Assembly (NCBI GenBank): GCA_037481775.1
Contig: JBBFKZ010000002.1
Location: forward strand, 64,001-128,000
Source of the DNA: Candidatus Bathyarchaeia archaeon
GTDB lineage: Archaea > Thermoproteota > Bathyarchaeia > Bathyarchaeales > Bathycorpusculaceae
Direction of reading: 5' to 3'
Length of the DNA stretch: 64,000 bases
Shown here: positions 19,911 through 29,069 of the stretch, piece by piece
Position numbering within the stretch: the stretch's first letter is position 1
Layout: each line of letters begins with the position of its first letter
The notes under the pieces: model-generated
The model's database searches: none
What the model was told of the DNA's origin: nothing
Seen by the model: only the letters and a program-made list of their open reading frames with translations
Translations under genes and position numbers: made by a program

Positions 19911-20106
19911 TTTTGCATCTCCATGCGTTTACGCATCTACTACTTGAACTTTTAACATTTAAACCTATCTAAGCACGCAACGAAATTGCTGGAAGCAAGA
20001 ATGCTAAAGCCCCAGAATGAAATGAGCATTAGGCTCTACAGGTGGGTTGTTACGAAACTGCTGATTCGGAGACTAACTATTTAAGGTCGAAGAAACTCTA
20101 TTTCAT

Positions 20107-21639
20107 ATGAGGGCCTCTTTGGAATCAAAAAATCACACCCTTATAGCTTATAATGTTCTTGAGAAAAAAATTATAAACAATGGTTTTTGCACGTTATGCG
20201 GCGCCTGCGAAGCAGCATGCCCAACTAGCGCTTTGCATATAATGAATGAAAAAGTTAATCGCTTGTATGACTGCTCAAAGGACATAGACTTGTGTCCAAT
20301 ATGCTACGAAATCTGCCCTCACTCCGAAGCCCTCTTGCTTAGAAGCTTGAAATTCGTCTCAGACGCGCCAATCAAAAACGAAGCTTTGGGCTATTACAGA
20401 AAAATTGTGCTTGCTCAAGCGGTTGATCCGAAATTGCGTCAACAAAGCCATGGTGGCGCTGTTGTCACCGCGCTACTAAACTACGGTATTGAAACTAAAA
20501 TCTTCGACAGCGCTATAGTCTCGCAGAGTGAACCTGAAACTCCATCCAAACCGAAGCCGTCAGTGGCTTTAGTGCCGGATGACATACTTTCAGCTGTGGG
20601 CAGCAAGTTTTTCCCTTCCTCCGTTGCCAAGGCATACGGAAGCGCAGTGTACAGCCATGGGAAAACAGCCATAGCGTTCGTTGGAGTTCCCTGTCATGTG
20701 CTGGCGCTTCGAAAAATGGAGGCGTGGCAACATAAAATTATCGACAATTTAAAAATTACGATTGGCCTTTTCTGCTTCGGAACCTTTTCATTTAGCTCCA
20801 TGCTGGACTATATCGAGAAAACTTACGGAATCCACGCTTCAGACATAAAGCAGATGCGATTATCTTCAAAATTTGTCATCCAAACTGAAAAAGGTGAAAT
20901 AAGAATTCCCCTATCTGAAATTGAGAACCAAATTCTGCCCAGCTGTCGCACCTGCATGGATTTCACCTCTGAACTTGCAGATATATCCGTTGGCGGCGCC
21001 TATCCTCTGAAGGATTGGTCCACCGTCATAATCAGAACTAAAGCAGGTGAAGACTTCTTTTATAATGCTGTTGAAAACGGAATCATCAGCACATGGATTA
21101 TAGAGCAAGAGCCCAAAGTTTTTGAGCGCATAATGATGGCGGCAATGCAAAAGCGGGCAGAGGCCCTCAAAAAGGCTATGGAAATGGAAGAGGTTTACGG
21201 TTATCTTCCCACATTGCTGCTGAGAGAAACATCTGATTTAGCCCAGTTCAAGGTTGAAGAAATAATGAGCAAAAACATCCAGATCCTGCCAGAGTCTATG
21301 TCGGTCAACCAATTCTTGGATTACGTGGCTAAACATCACCACATCGGCTATCCAGTGACAAATACTACGGGTGAACTCATAGGCTGGGTTACCATCGAAG
21401 AAGCAGCGAACGTCGCGAAAAAGAAGCGGGCTGAAACCTCTCTTGGTCAAATAGCACGGAAGACGGTAGTTGCTGCTTACCCTGATGAAACCGCATTAGA
21501 CGTCTTCAAAAGAATGAGCGAGCATGAAACAGGCCGCGTTGTTGTGCTTGACCGGGCAGACTCGAGAAAGTTGCTTGGAATAGTAACTAAAGCAGACTTA
21601 ATGCACGCTTTGGCAAAGCATGCTGAAAAAGGCGCATAG
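20107..21639 (+). CDS. F420 hydrogenase/dehydrogenase beta-subunit (FrhB/FpoF) fused to a CBS pair
   Basis: N-terminal 2x[4Fe-4S] 'CTLCGACEAACP...CPICYEICP', 'SHGGAVVTALL', 'VGVPCH', 'IGLFC', 'CRTCMDFTSELADISVG', then two CBS domains. Confidence 0.88.
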   Translation: MRASLESKNHTLIAYNVLEKKIINNGFCTLCGACEAACPTSALHIMNEKVNRLYDCSKDIDLCPICYEICPHSEALLLRSLKFVSDAPIKNEALGYYRKIVLAQAVDPKLRQQSHGGAVVTALLNYGIETKIFDSAIVSQSEPETPSKPKPSVALVPDDILSAVGSKFFPSSVAKAYGSAVYSHGKTAIAFVGVPCHVLALRKMEAWQHKIIDNLKITIGLFCFGTFSFSSMLDYIEKTYGIHASDIKQMRLSSKFVIQTEKGEIRIPLSEIENQILPSCRTCMDFTSELADISVGGAYPLKDWSTVIIRTKAGEDFFYNAVENGIISTWIIEQEPKVFERIMMAAMQKRAEALKKAMEMEEVYGYLPTLLLRETSDLAQFKVEEIMSKNIQILPESMSVNQFLDYVAKHHHIGYPVTNTTGELIGWVTIEEAANVAKKKRAETSLGQIARKTVVAAYPDETALDVFKRMSEHETGRVVVLDRADSRKLLGIVTKADLMHALAKHAEKGA

Positions 21640-21766
21640 CAAAAACAATGGTGCATTATTTAGAAACAAATGTTATTGTACTTCCGCAGGCAGTGTAGCG
21701 TGAAACAATAAAATTATTAAGTTAATCAGCTCGATATATTTACTGAGTCAGCAGGTTGTTTTGCAC

Positions 21767-22234
21767 ATGGCTGAGTGCAGTGTTGAAACGAAGAAAGAGG
21801 GCTTCAGTGCACTAACTGCCCTCATATTGACCCTAGTTGTGGCTTTAGCCGTCATAGCTGCTGTTTTAACTCCAATAAGCGAAGAGTTTCTGCCCGGTAT
21901 AGAAGCCATAGTTGACACGTTACTCAACATAACAACCAACATGATCTACTTGATCGGCGGCGGCGTCATTATTTTCGGCGCGGTGCTTGTGACAATACGG
22001 TTTGTACAGTGCAAGCTAAAGGATCCTTACAAGCCAACTTGCGTAACTCGTTTCCTTTCAGGCTACTTGACACTTAGCTTAGAATTCTTTATTGGCGCTG
22101 AAATTATAAGGACAGTCGTTGCAAGAACATACGAAGAATTCTCGCTGCTTATTCTCGTCATCTTCAGCAGAGGTCTCTTCAGTCTAATCCTGTACTTAGA
22201 ACGCAGATGGCATGGAACTGTAGAAACGGAATAA
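21767..22234 (+). CDS. DUF1622-like membrane protein
   Basis: 'LSGYLTLSLEFFIGAEIIRTV...L.ILV..R..FS..L' pattern and TM helices. Confidence 0.7.
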   Translation: MAECSVETKKEGFSALTALILTLVVALAVIAAVLTPISEEFLPGIEAIVDTLLNITTNMIYLIGGGVIIFGAVLVTIRFVQCKLKDPYKPTCVTRFLSGYLTLSLEFFIGAEIIRTVVARTYEEFSLLILVIFSRGLFSLILYLERRWHGTVETE

Positions 22235-22605
22235 ATCTCCTTTCTCAATGTTCACCTATTTTACAACAATTTTACCTTTCCAACCTTCGGTTATGCTGAA
22301 TTTGTTGTTAAACTTTAAATCCTTGTGCTTTCATTCTAAAAGACTAGCGCGGAGGCCTATGGCTACAGTAAATGTGGACAAAGTTTGTTGCGTTAATGGT
22401 TATGATGCGCTTTTTCTTTTAGGCAAATTTCTGACAATCTCAGGATATTATGGACATATGCTTCAATTATTAAGCTTTATATATGCGAATGATAATGAAA
22501 ACTTATTTATACACAACATATGTCCAATTAAAACAAGCCTGGCGAGTAAGATGCTTGAGGCAAAAATCATAACTGAATACGCAACCGTTGAAGGAGACAG
22601 ATTAC

Positions 22606-22935
22606 ATGCTTGTTGAATCTTTCATCGCGTTCCTCCTCATTTTGGCAGTCAGCTCGCTTATCTATCTTCTCGGTCGCCGCGCCTCACCTAAATCCAAAAA
22701 AACCGAGAACGAGCAATCAGAATATGCATGCGGAGAAAAAGCACCTATCCAGAAACTCAGAATAAACGTAACGCTGTACAAGTTTCTCATATACTTCGCA
22801 ATTTTCGACTCCTCCATTTTACTTCTATCTTTCGCCGCACTTCTACATCAGGAACTGAATGCGCCGCTCTTGATCCTTTATCTATTCATAGCGTTTGCGG
22901 CTAGTCTAATTCTTCTAGAAGGAGCCAAAGACTAA
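22606..22935 (+). CDS. nuoA: NuoA-like membrane subunit
   Basis: Three TM helices, loop 'EYACGE', 'YKFLIYFAIFD'. SD GGAG precedes ATG 22606. Confidence 0.85.
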   Translation: MLVESFIAFLLILAVSSLIYLLGRRASPKSKKTENEQSEYACGEKAPIQKLRINVTLYKFLIYFAIFDSSILLLSFAALLHQELNAPLLILYLFIAFAASLILLEGAKD

Positions 22936-23378
22936 TGAGTAAACTAGCAACGTGGGCACGGCTGAAATCTCCTTGGGTTCTACACTTCAACTCAGGCGCA
23001 TGCAACGGCTGCGACATCGAAGTTGTTGCCCTTTTAACGCCACGGTATGATGTTGAGCGTTTCGGCATCAAACTCGAGCCATCACCACGGCACGCTGATG
23101 TTTTATTGACTACTGGCGCCGTTACCACCCAGTGCGCAGAAAGGCTAAAGCGAATTTACGAGCAGATGCCTGAACCGAAATTCGTGGTGGCCATCGGCGC
23201 TTGTGCATGCTCAGGCGGCGTTTTTAAGGGAAATTATTCTGTAATCGGTGGCGTTGACAAGGTTATTCCTGTAAACGCTTATATCCCTGGTTGCCCGCCG
23301 AAACCAGAAGCAATAATCGACGGGGTAGTAAAGCTACTCAACTCGTTAAAAGAGGCGAAGCCAAACGACAAAAAATAA
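22935..23378 (+). CDS. nuoB: Group 4 [NiFe] hydrogenase small subunit (NuoB-like)
   Basis: 'GACNGCDIE' (hydrogenase-type CxxC), 'SPRHAD', 'GACACSGG', 'PGCPP'. Confidence 0.93.
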   Translation: MSKLATWARLKSPWVLHFNSGACNGCDIEVVALLTPRYDVERFGIKLEPSPRHADVLLTTGAVTTQCAERLKRIYEQMPEPKFVVAIGACACSGGVFKGNYSVIGGVDKVIPVNAYIPGCPPKPEAIIDGVVKLLNSLKEAKPNDKK

Positions 23379-24951
23379 GCAAGATCCCATCGCAGTTATC
23401 AAAGGCAGAATAGGCGACCGCCTTCAAATCCAGCAAGGATACTTAGGCAAAGCGTTAATCCAAGTTAAAGCCGATTCCATCCGAGAGATTATTGGCGCCC
23501 TGCTGGATACTGAGGATGGCATCTGCATTTCTGCTCTTACTGGCGTAGATGCAGGCGAGAAAATAGGTTTAATGTATCATCTTCGCATTAACGATGGCAT
23601 TGTTACTATCCGAACTGAAGTTTCCAAGGCGCAGCCGAAACTTTGCACAATAACTGATCTTATTCCAGGAGCAAGTTTCCATGAAAGAGAAGTAGCTGAT
23701 CTCTTCGGCGTAACCTTTGAGGGTCATCCGAACCCTGCTAGGCTTGTTCTTCCTGAAGACTGGCCTGAGGGGCTTTATCCGCTTAGAAAGGACGTTAAAA
23801 TTGATGAGTATTTAGCGAAAAAACAGCCTCTTCAGAATCAGCCTGACTTTGCAAATGCCCAAGATGGCGGCGAACTTGTTAACATAATCGTTGGTCCTCA
23901 GCATCCAGCGTTGCTGGAGCCGGAAAAGTTTTCTCTGCGGGTAGACGGGGAAATCGTTAAGCAAGTGGAGCCGCGCATTGGCTATGTCCATAGGGGCGTG
24001 GAAAAAGCCTCTGAGCAGCGAACTTATCTGCAAGATGTTTACTTGGTGGAAAGAATTTGCGGTATATGCAACTCTTGTCATGCTGCCTGCTTTGTTGAGG
24101 CAGTAGAAAAGATACTTCGTATTGAGGTGCCCCTTAGAGCAAAGTATCTGCGAACAATAATTTTGGAGCTTAACAGGCTTCACAGTCACCTGCTTGTGCT
24201 GGGTCACGCGGGGCTCGAAATTGGGTATGAAACGCTTTTCCAGTATATGTGGCGAGATCGCGAACCAATTATGGATTTAACGGAGCTGCTCACTGGCAAC
24301 CGTGTTATCTCTTCAGCGATGACCATAGGTGGTGTACGCCGAGACTTAAAGGAAACTGACATCCCACGGATCAAAGCAGAGATGGCTGCGTTAAAGAAGA
24401 GAATGGATTTTTACAAGCAAATTTTTGAAAATGAGCCGTCGCTGAAGATGCGCACCCAAAAAGTCGGTGTCCTCTCCAGAGAGGATGCATTGAAACTTTG
24501 TGTTGTGGGGCCTGTAGCCAGGGCTTCAGGAGTTGCCACAGATGTGCGGAAAGATGAGCCTTACGAGGCTTACGGAGAAATACCTTTTAATTTAATCACC
24601 CGCACAGAAGGAGATTCATGGGCGCGTCTTATGGTTCGCTTAGACGAAATAACCGAGAGCGTTAACATAATCGAGTACGCGCTGGAGCATTTGCCTTCCG
24701 GCCCCTTCCGTATTAAAGTGCCGAGAGTTGTGCCTGCAGGCGAAGCAGTCAACCGCGTTGAAGCACCCAGAGGTGAACTGTTCTATTATGTCAAAAGTAA
24801 CGGTTCCGCCTATCCGGAAAGAGTTAAAGTGCGAACTCCAACTTTCGCTAATATCCCATCCTTCATCAAGATTGCGGAAGGTGGCAACATAGCCGATGTA
24901 CCTGCGAGCTTCGTGAGTTTAGACCCATGCTTCTCATGCACTGACAGGTAG
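23365..24951 (+). CDS. Fused NuoC-like domain and [NiFe] hydrogenase large subunit (NuoCD-like)
   Basis: The frame is open from 23350 and encodes NuoC motifs 'ISALTGVD', 'EREVADLFGVTFEGHP', 'PLRKD'. Ni-binding L1 'ERICGIC' and L2 'DPCFSCTDR' are present. Probable ACG start. Confidence 0.92.
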   Translation, partial: TTKNKQDPIAVIKGRIGDRLQIQQGYLGKALIQVKADSIREIIGALLDTEDGICISALTGVDAGEKIGLMYHLRINDGIVTIRTEVSKAQPKLCTITDLIPGASFHEREVADLFGVTFEGHPNPARLVLPEDWPEGLYPLRKDVKIDEYLAKKQPLQNQPDFANAQDGGELVNIIVGPQHPALLEPEKFSLRVDGEIVKQVEPRIGYVHRGVEKASEQRTYLQDVYLVERICGICNSCHAACFVEAVEKILRIEVPLRAKYLRTIILELNRLHSHLLVLGHAGLEIGYETLFQYMWRDREPIMDLTELLTGNRVISSAMTIGGVRRDLKETDIPRIKAEMAALKKRMDFYKQIFENEPSLKMRTQKVGVLSREDALKLCVVGPVARASGVATDVRKDEPYEAYGEIPFNLITRTEGDSWARLMVRLDEITESVNIIEYALEHLPSGPFRIKVPRVVPAGEAVNRVEAPRGELFYYVKSNGSAYPERVKVRTPTFANIPSFIKIAEGGNIADVPASFVSLDPCFSCTDR

Positions 24952-24959
24952 GATGAAGA

Positions 24960-25952
24960 ATGCTTTTGGACTGGTGGTTTGTTTTCCGCGTGCTTGTTTT
25001 CCCCGGCTTCACGTTCATAATGCTGTTTACTCTTTTCTGCGATTGGGTGGAAAGAAAAATCGAGGCCAGAATGCAGAACCGAGTTGGCCCAGCATTTACG
25101 GGACCAGCGGGTATCCTCCAGCCCCTAGCTGACGTTATCAAACTGCTCACAAAAGAGGACATAGTTCCCACTGGCGCGAAAAAAACTGTTTTCCGGCTTG
25201 CGCCTATTCTCTCGTTTTCCATCGTAGTTTTTGCGTTGTCTTTTCTACCCGTTGACGGCGCTGCTGCAATACCCAATTCAAGTTTCGCTGGAGACTTGAT
25301 CTTTGTGATGGCGTTAATTACAGTCGCCAACTTTTTCCTGTTCCTCTCAGGCTGGGCGTCCAAAAATCCTTACGGAGACATAGGAGCAACACGCGTTCTA
25401 ACCCAGTTTATCGGTTATGATATTCCTCTGCTTCTTCTTGCGTTGGCGCCCGCGTTTCTTGCAGGCAGCCTAAGCATCGCCACAATAGCGGCAAATCAGA
25501 GCTTGCCATTCGCGCTTTTGGCGCCCTGGGCTTTCGTGCTATTTATAATAACTCTTCAAGCAGAGCTAGAGAAAGACCCGTTCGATATTCCCCATGCGGA
25601 GAGTGAAGTGGTAGGTGGATTAGAAACAGAATTCTGCGGTGGCAAACTGGCTTTTCTACATCTTACTCGTGATGTGCAAATTGTTTTTGGAGCAGCGCTT
25701 GTGGTCGAACTGTTTCTAGGCGGATCTTACGGTCCGGTCTTTTTCGGCCCAGCTGAGTTGTGGTATACTTTATGGTTCATTCTAAAACTATTGGCGGTTG
25801 TAGTCATCACGGAATATATTACATGCCTCTTCGCAAGGCTGCGCATTGATCAAGTGTTAACAGCTAACTGGCGAGTGCTGGTGCCCTTGTCGGTGCTTTC
25901 GCTTATCCTAACCATCGCTTTAGCTACTTGGGTTTATCCACTGGTGATGTGA
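24960..25952 (+). CDS. nuoH: NuoH-like membrane subunit
   Basis: 'ERKIEARMQNRVGP', 'LQPLADVIKLL.KE', 'PFDIPHAESEVVGG..TE', 'RLRIDQ'. Confidence 0.93.
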   Translation: MLLDWWFVFRVLVFPGFTFIMLFTLFCDWVERKIEARMQNRVGPAFTGPAGILQPLADVIKLLTKEDIVPTGAKKTVFRLAPILSFSIVVFALSFLPVDGAAAIPNSSFAGDLIFVMALITVANFFLFLSGWASKNPYGDIGATRVLTQFIGYDIPLLLLALAPAFLAGSLSIATIAANQSLPFALLAPWAFVLFIITLQAELEKDPFDIPHAESEVVGGLETEFCGGKLAFLHLTRDVQIVFGAALVVELFLGGSYGPVFFGPAELWYTLWFILKLLAVVVITEYITCLFARLRIDQVLTANWRVLVPLSVLSLILTIALATWVYPLVM

Positions 25953-25955
25953 GCT

Positions 25956-26345
25956 ATGGTGAAGAAATCAGCTGTAACACCTATGATGAAGGAACTGTGG
26001 GCGCATCTCTTTAAGAACCCTGCCACCAGCAAGTATCCGCTTGTAAAAGCTGAAGTTCCAGACGGGTTCAGAGGTAGGCAAGTGTACGACATTAATCTCT
26101 GCATTAGCTGCGGATTATGCGCCAGAGACTGCCCAGCCAATGCCATTGAAATGGTTGAAGTTGACGGAAAAAGGCGGCCTCTATTCCATCTTGACCTTTG
26201 CATATTCTGCTATCAGTGCGCTGACAGTTGCCCAAGAAACGCGATAAAAAGCTCAACATTTTTCGAGTTAGCCACAACCAATAAGTCTGATTTAGTAGTA
26301 AAACCTGAAGCGACCAGTCAAAAGAGCGAAGGTGAAAAGCTATGA
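25956..26345 (+). CDS. nuoI: NuoI-like 2x[4Fe-4S] subunit
   Basis: 'T.KYP...FRGR', 'CISCGLCARDCP', 'CIFCYQCADSCP'. Confidence 0.93.
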   Translation: MVKKSAVTPMMKELWAHLFKNPATSKYPLVKAEVPDGFRGRQVYDINLCISCGLCARDCPANAIEMVEVDGKRRPLFHLDLCIFCYQCADSCPRNAIKSSTFFELATTNKSDLVVKPEATSQKSEGEKL

Positions 26346-26800
26346 TTCTGGAGTTTCTCGCGGTTGGAATTGTAATATCTGCTTGCTTGGCGATTTTTCT
26401 CGATGAAGCAGTTTACTCTGTTGTCGCCTTGACAGGAACGTTTATGTTAACAGCACTGCTTTATGCCTTAAGCGGCGCGCTCTTCGCGGCAGTTTTTCAA
26501 TTTGCAATGGGCGTTGGCACATTAGCGATTCTCTTCTTATCCGGCGAGATGCTGAGCAAAAAGCCTCCGAAAATTCCGAAAGAACGCATACTCTCACTGA
26601 TCGCGGTGGGTGTGCTCTTATCGTTGCCGATTCTTTTCCTCTCAATATCAAGTCAGAAAAGCGCCATAGAGATATCCTTTGAAGATGCGCTATGGCATTT
26701 GAGAGCTGGAGATGTTATTCTGCAAGGCTTAGTTGTGCTGATTGTGTCTGTAGGAATAACCATTTTTCTGTATGAAAGGAAAGAAAAAGGTGAGAAATGA
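26342..26800 (+). CDS. nuoJ: NuoJ-like membrane subunit
   Basis: 'AVYSVVAL', 'A.FAAVFQ...GVG..AILFL'. Position between I and K. Confidence 0.75.
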   Translation: MILEFLAVGIVISACLAIFLDEAVYSVVALTGTFMLTALLYALSGALFAAVFQFAMGVGTLAILFLSGEMLSKKPPKIPKERILSLIAVGVLLSLPILFLSISSQKSAIEISFEDALWHLRAGDVILQGLVVLIVSVGITIFLYERKEKGEK

Positions 26801-27109
26801 ATGGACTTCGTTGTCTTATCCCTAATAATGCTTGCAATCGGCATTTACGGCTTACTTACTAAACGTGACCTGCTAAAAGTGTTCGTTTCAGTAGAGCTAA
26901 TTGCCACGGCGGCAACACTCAATTTTGTGATGCTAACGCCCTCAAGTAACGGCTTGGGTCAAGCATTTCTGGTTTTAGCTTTCGCCACCGACACAGCCGT
27001 TGGCGCCTTAGTTTTAGCATTACTGCTGATTGCACACAAGAAATACGGCACAAGCGATGTTGCCGAAATAATAAAAAATAGAACAAGAAAGAAAAGAAGG
27101 AGAGAGTGA
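26801..27109 (+). CDS. nuoK: NuoK-like membrane subunit
   Basis: 'IGIYGLLTKRDLLKVFVSVELI', 'GQAF'. Confidence 0.85.
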   Translation: MDFVVLSLIMLAIGIYGLLTKRDLLKVFVSVELIATAATLNFVMLTPSSNGLGQAFLVLAFATDTAVGALVLALLLIAHKKYGTSDVAEIIKNRTRKKRRRE

Positions 27110-27116
27110 AGCGTAA

Positions 27117-29069
27117 TTGCTACCAGAGATCTCTTCTTGGCTTGTTTGGTTGCTTCCTTTGATTTCAAGCATATTTGTGCCGTTAACCGCGCGGCTCAGC
27201 GAAAAAGCAAGAAACTACTTCGTGGTTGTAATAACCTTGGTTACTGCTGCCCTCGCCTTTTCGCTAGTTCCCGCCGTTTATTTTGGCGATGCCGAAACTT
27301 TCAGCTTATCCACCGCCTGGATTCCCTCGGGAATAAACGCTGGTGTATTCATCGACCCGCTGAGTGTATTGTTCGCGGTTCTCGTCGCCTTCTTCGGCGT
27401 AATAATAGCCGTTTACTCACTGGGCTACATGAAAGGCGAAGAAGGCTTAACACGATACTACTTCTTCCTACTTCTCTTCATAGGCTCAATGATTGGGCTT
27501 GTCGTATCCGACAATTTCCTTCAGTTGTTCATCTTCTGGGAGATGGTGGGCCTCTGCTCTTACTCACTAATTTCCTTCTGGTATAAACGCCCCGAATCTG
27601 TCCGCGCAGGCGCCAAAGTCTTCCTGATGACACGCATAGGCGACGTAAGCCTGCTAGGCGCCATCGGGCTTCTTTACGCAAGTTTAGGCTCATTTTCCTT
27701 CAGATATGCCATCGCCAACATAACAGCCATCCCAGCGTCTACCCTAACCGCAATAGCGTTTCTAACGCTTGGCGGAGCCATCGCCAAATCCGCGCAACTG
27801 CCGTTGCACACGTGGCTGTACAGCGCCATGGAAGCGCCTACCTCCGTAAGCGCGTTGCTGCATGCTGCGACCATGGTTAAGGCAGGTGTCTATTTGATTG
27901 CGAGGTTAATCCTAATTTTAGGCCCGCTGGCCTTTTCCATCTCTATGTGGCTGCCTACGGTCGCTTGGGTCGGCGTCTTAACTGCCTTCATCGGCGCAAC
28001 ATTGGCTTTGTACACTCCAGACATCAAAGGCGTGTTAGCATACTCTACCATTAGTCAATTAGGCTTTATGATGGCCGCGCTGGGCTCGGTTTCTACGCAG
28101 TCAGACTTGGGCTTGTTCGCAAGCTTGTTCCACATGATAAGCCACGCTTTCTTTGAAGGCTTGGGCTTCCTCTTGGCAGGCGGCATCATCCACGCGCTTG
28201 GAACACGCGACATGAGGCTTATGGGCGGCCTGCGAAAAGCTATGCCGATAACTTTTGCGCTTAGCCTGATAATGGTTTTAACAACCAGCGGGTTGCCGCC
28301 ATTCGCCGCTTTCTTCAGTAAAGGTCTCGTTATAACAAGCTTAACGGAAGCCGGAAACATCTGGCAGGTCATTTTAATCTACGCCACGACTGCCCTCACG
28401 TTTACTTACAGCCTCAGGTTCTTAACGCTTGTTTTCATGGGTAAAGAATCCGACCACTTGAGGAGTCTTCACTTGCATGAGACTCCGAAAATAATGTTGT
28501 TCCCCGCCGCGGTGCTCGCTGTTCTGTGCGTTGCATGGGGTTTTGTTGAGCCGTGGTTGAAAGGCTTTATGCATGTTGAGGCTGAGGCGAGTTTGCTAGG
28601 CGCGTTCTTTAGCTTGGAAACTCCTGTTTTCTTCGCTATCCTTGTTCCCGCTGGCTTAATTATATATCTAACTTACTACAAAAATTCTGAAACTATGAGC
28701 AAATTCCGAAGCAGCCCCAATCTCCTTAAGACTATCTTGAGCCATGGCTATTTCTTCGACGACATCTACGAGAAGGTGGCCGCGAAAGCCATAATAAGCT
28801 TCTCCCGCGGCATCCATTACGTTGAAAACTTCGTCTTCAATAAATTACCGCAGATAGTTGCGTGGTCAGTTATTGTTTTGGCTAACGCGGTTCATAGATA
28901 CCTTGACATCTTGGCGGATAACCTGCTTAATGTCATAGCGCATCGTACACTGCGAGGTGCCACGCATATGCGGAAGTTGCCTTCCTCGTCTTTGCAGCAC
29001 TATATCGCTGCTGCGCTGCTTGGTTTCATATTGATTTTAATATTGATAATAATCACCATAGGAGTATAA
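27117..29069 (+). CDS. nuoL: NuoL/MrpA-like antiporter subunit
   Basis: 'FIFWEMVGLCSY.LI.FW', 'AKSAQLPLHTWL..AMEAPTSVSALLHAATMVKAG', 'LAYSTISQLG'. Confidence 0.93.
   Translation: MLPEISSWLVWLLPLISSIFVPLTARLSEKARNYFVVVITLVTAALAFSLVPAVYFGDAETFSLSTAWIPSGINAGVFIDPLSVLFAVLVAFFGVIIAVYSLGYMKGEEGLTRYYFFLLLFIGSMIGLVVSDNFLQLFIFWEMVGLCSYSLISFWYKRPESVRAGAKVFLMTRIGDVSLLGAIGLLYASLGSFSFRYAIANITAIPASTLTAIAFLTLGGAIAKSAQLPLHTWLYSAMEAPTSVSALLHAATMVKAGVYLIARLILILGPLAFSISMWLPTVAWVGVLTAFIGATLALYTPDIKGVLAYSTISQLGFMMAALGSVSTQSDLGLFASLFHMISHAFFEGLGFLLAGGIIHALGTRDMRLMGGLRKAMPITFALSLIMVLTTSGLPPFAAFFSKGLVITSLTEAGNIWQVILIYATTALTFTYSLRFLTLVFMGKESDHLRSLHLHETPKIMLFPAAVLAVLCVAWGFVEPWLKGFMHVEAEASLLGAFFSLETPVFFAILVPAGLIIYLTYYKNSETMSKFRSSPNLLKTILSHGYFFDDIYEKVAAKAIISFSRGIHYVENFVFNKLPQIVAWSVIVLANAVHRYLDILADNLLNVIAHRTLRGATHMRKLPSSSLQHYIAAALLGFILILILIIITIGV

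Noticed and set aside
22248-22616. 122-aa ORF upstream of nuoA
   Set aside because: AT-rich promoter region with TATA boxes. The translation has no protein-like features.
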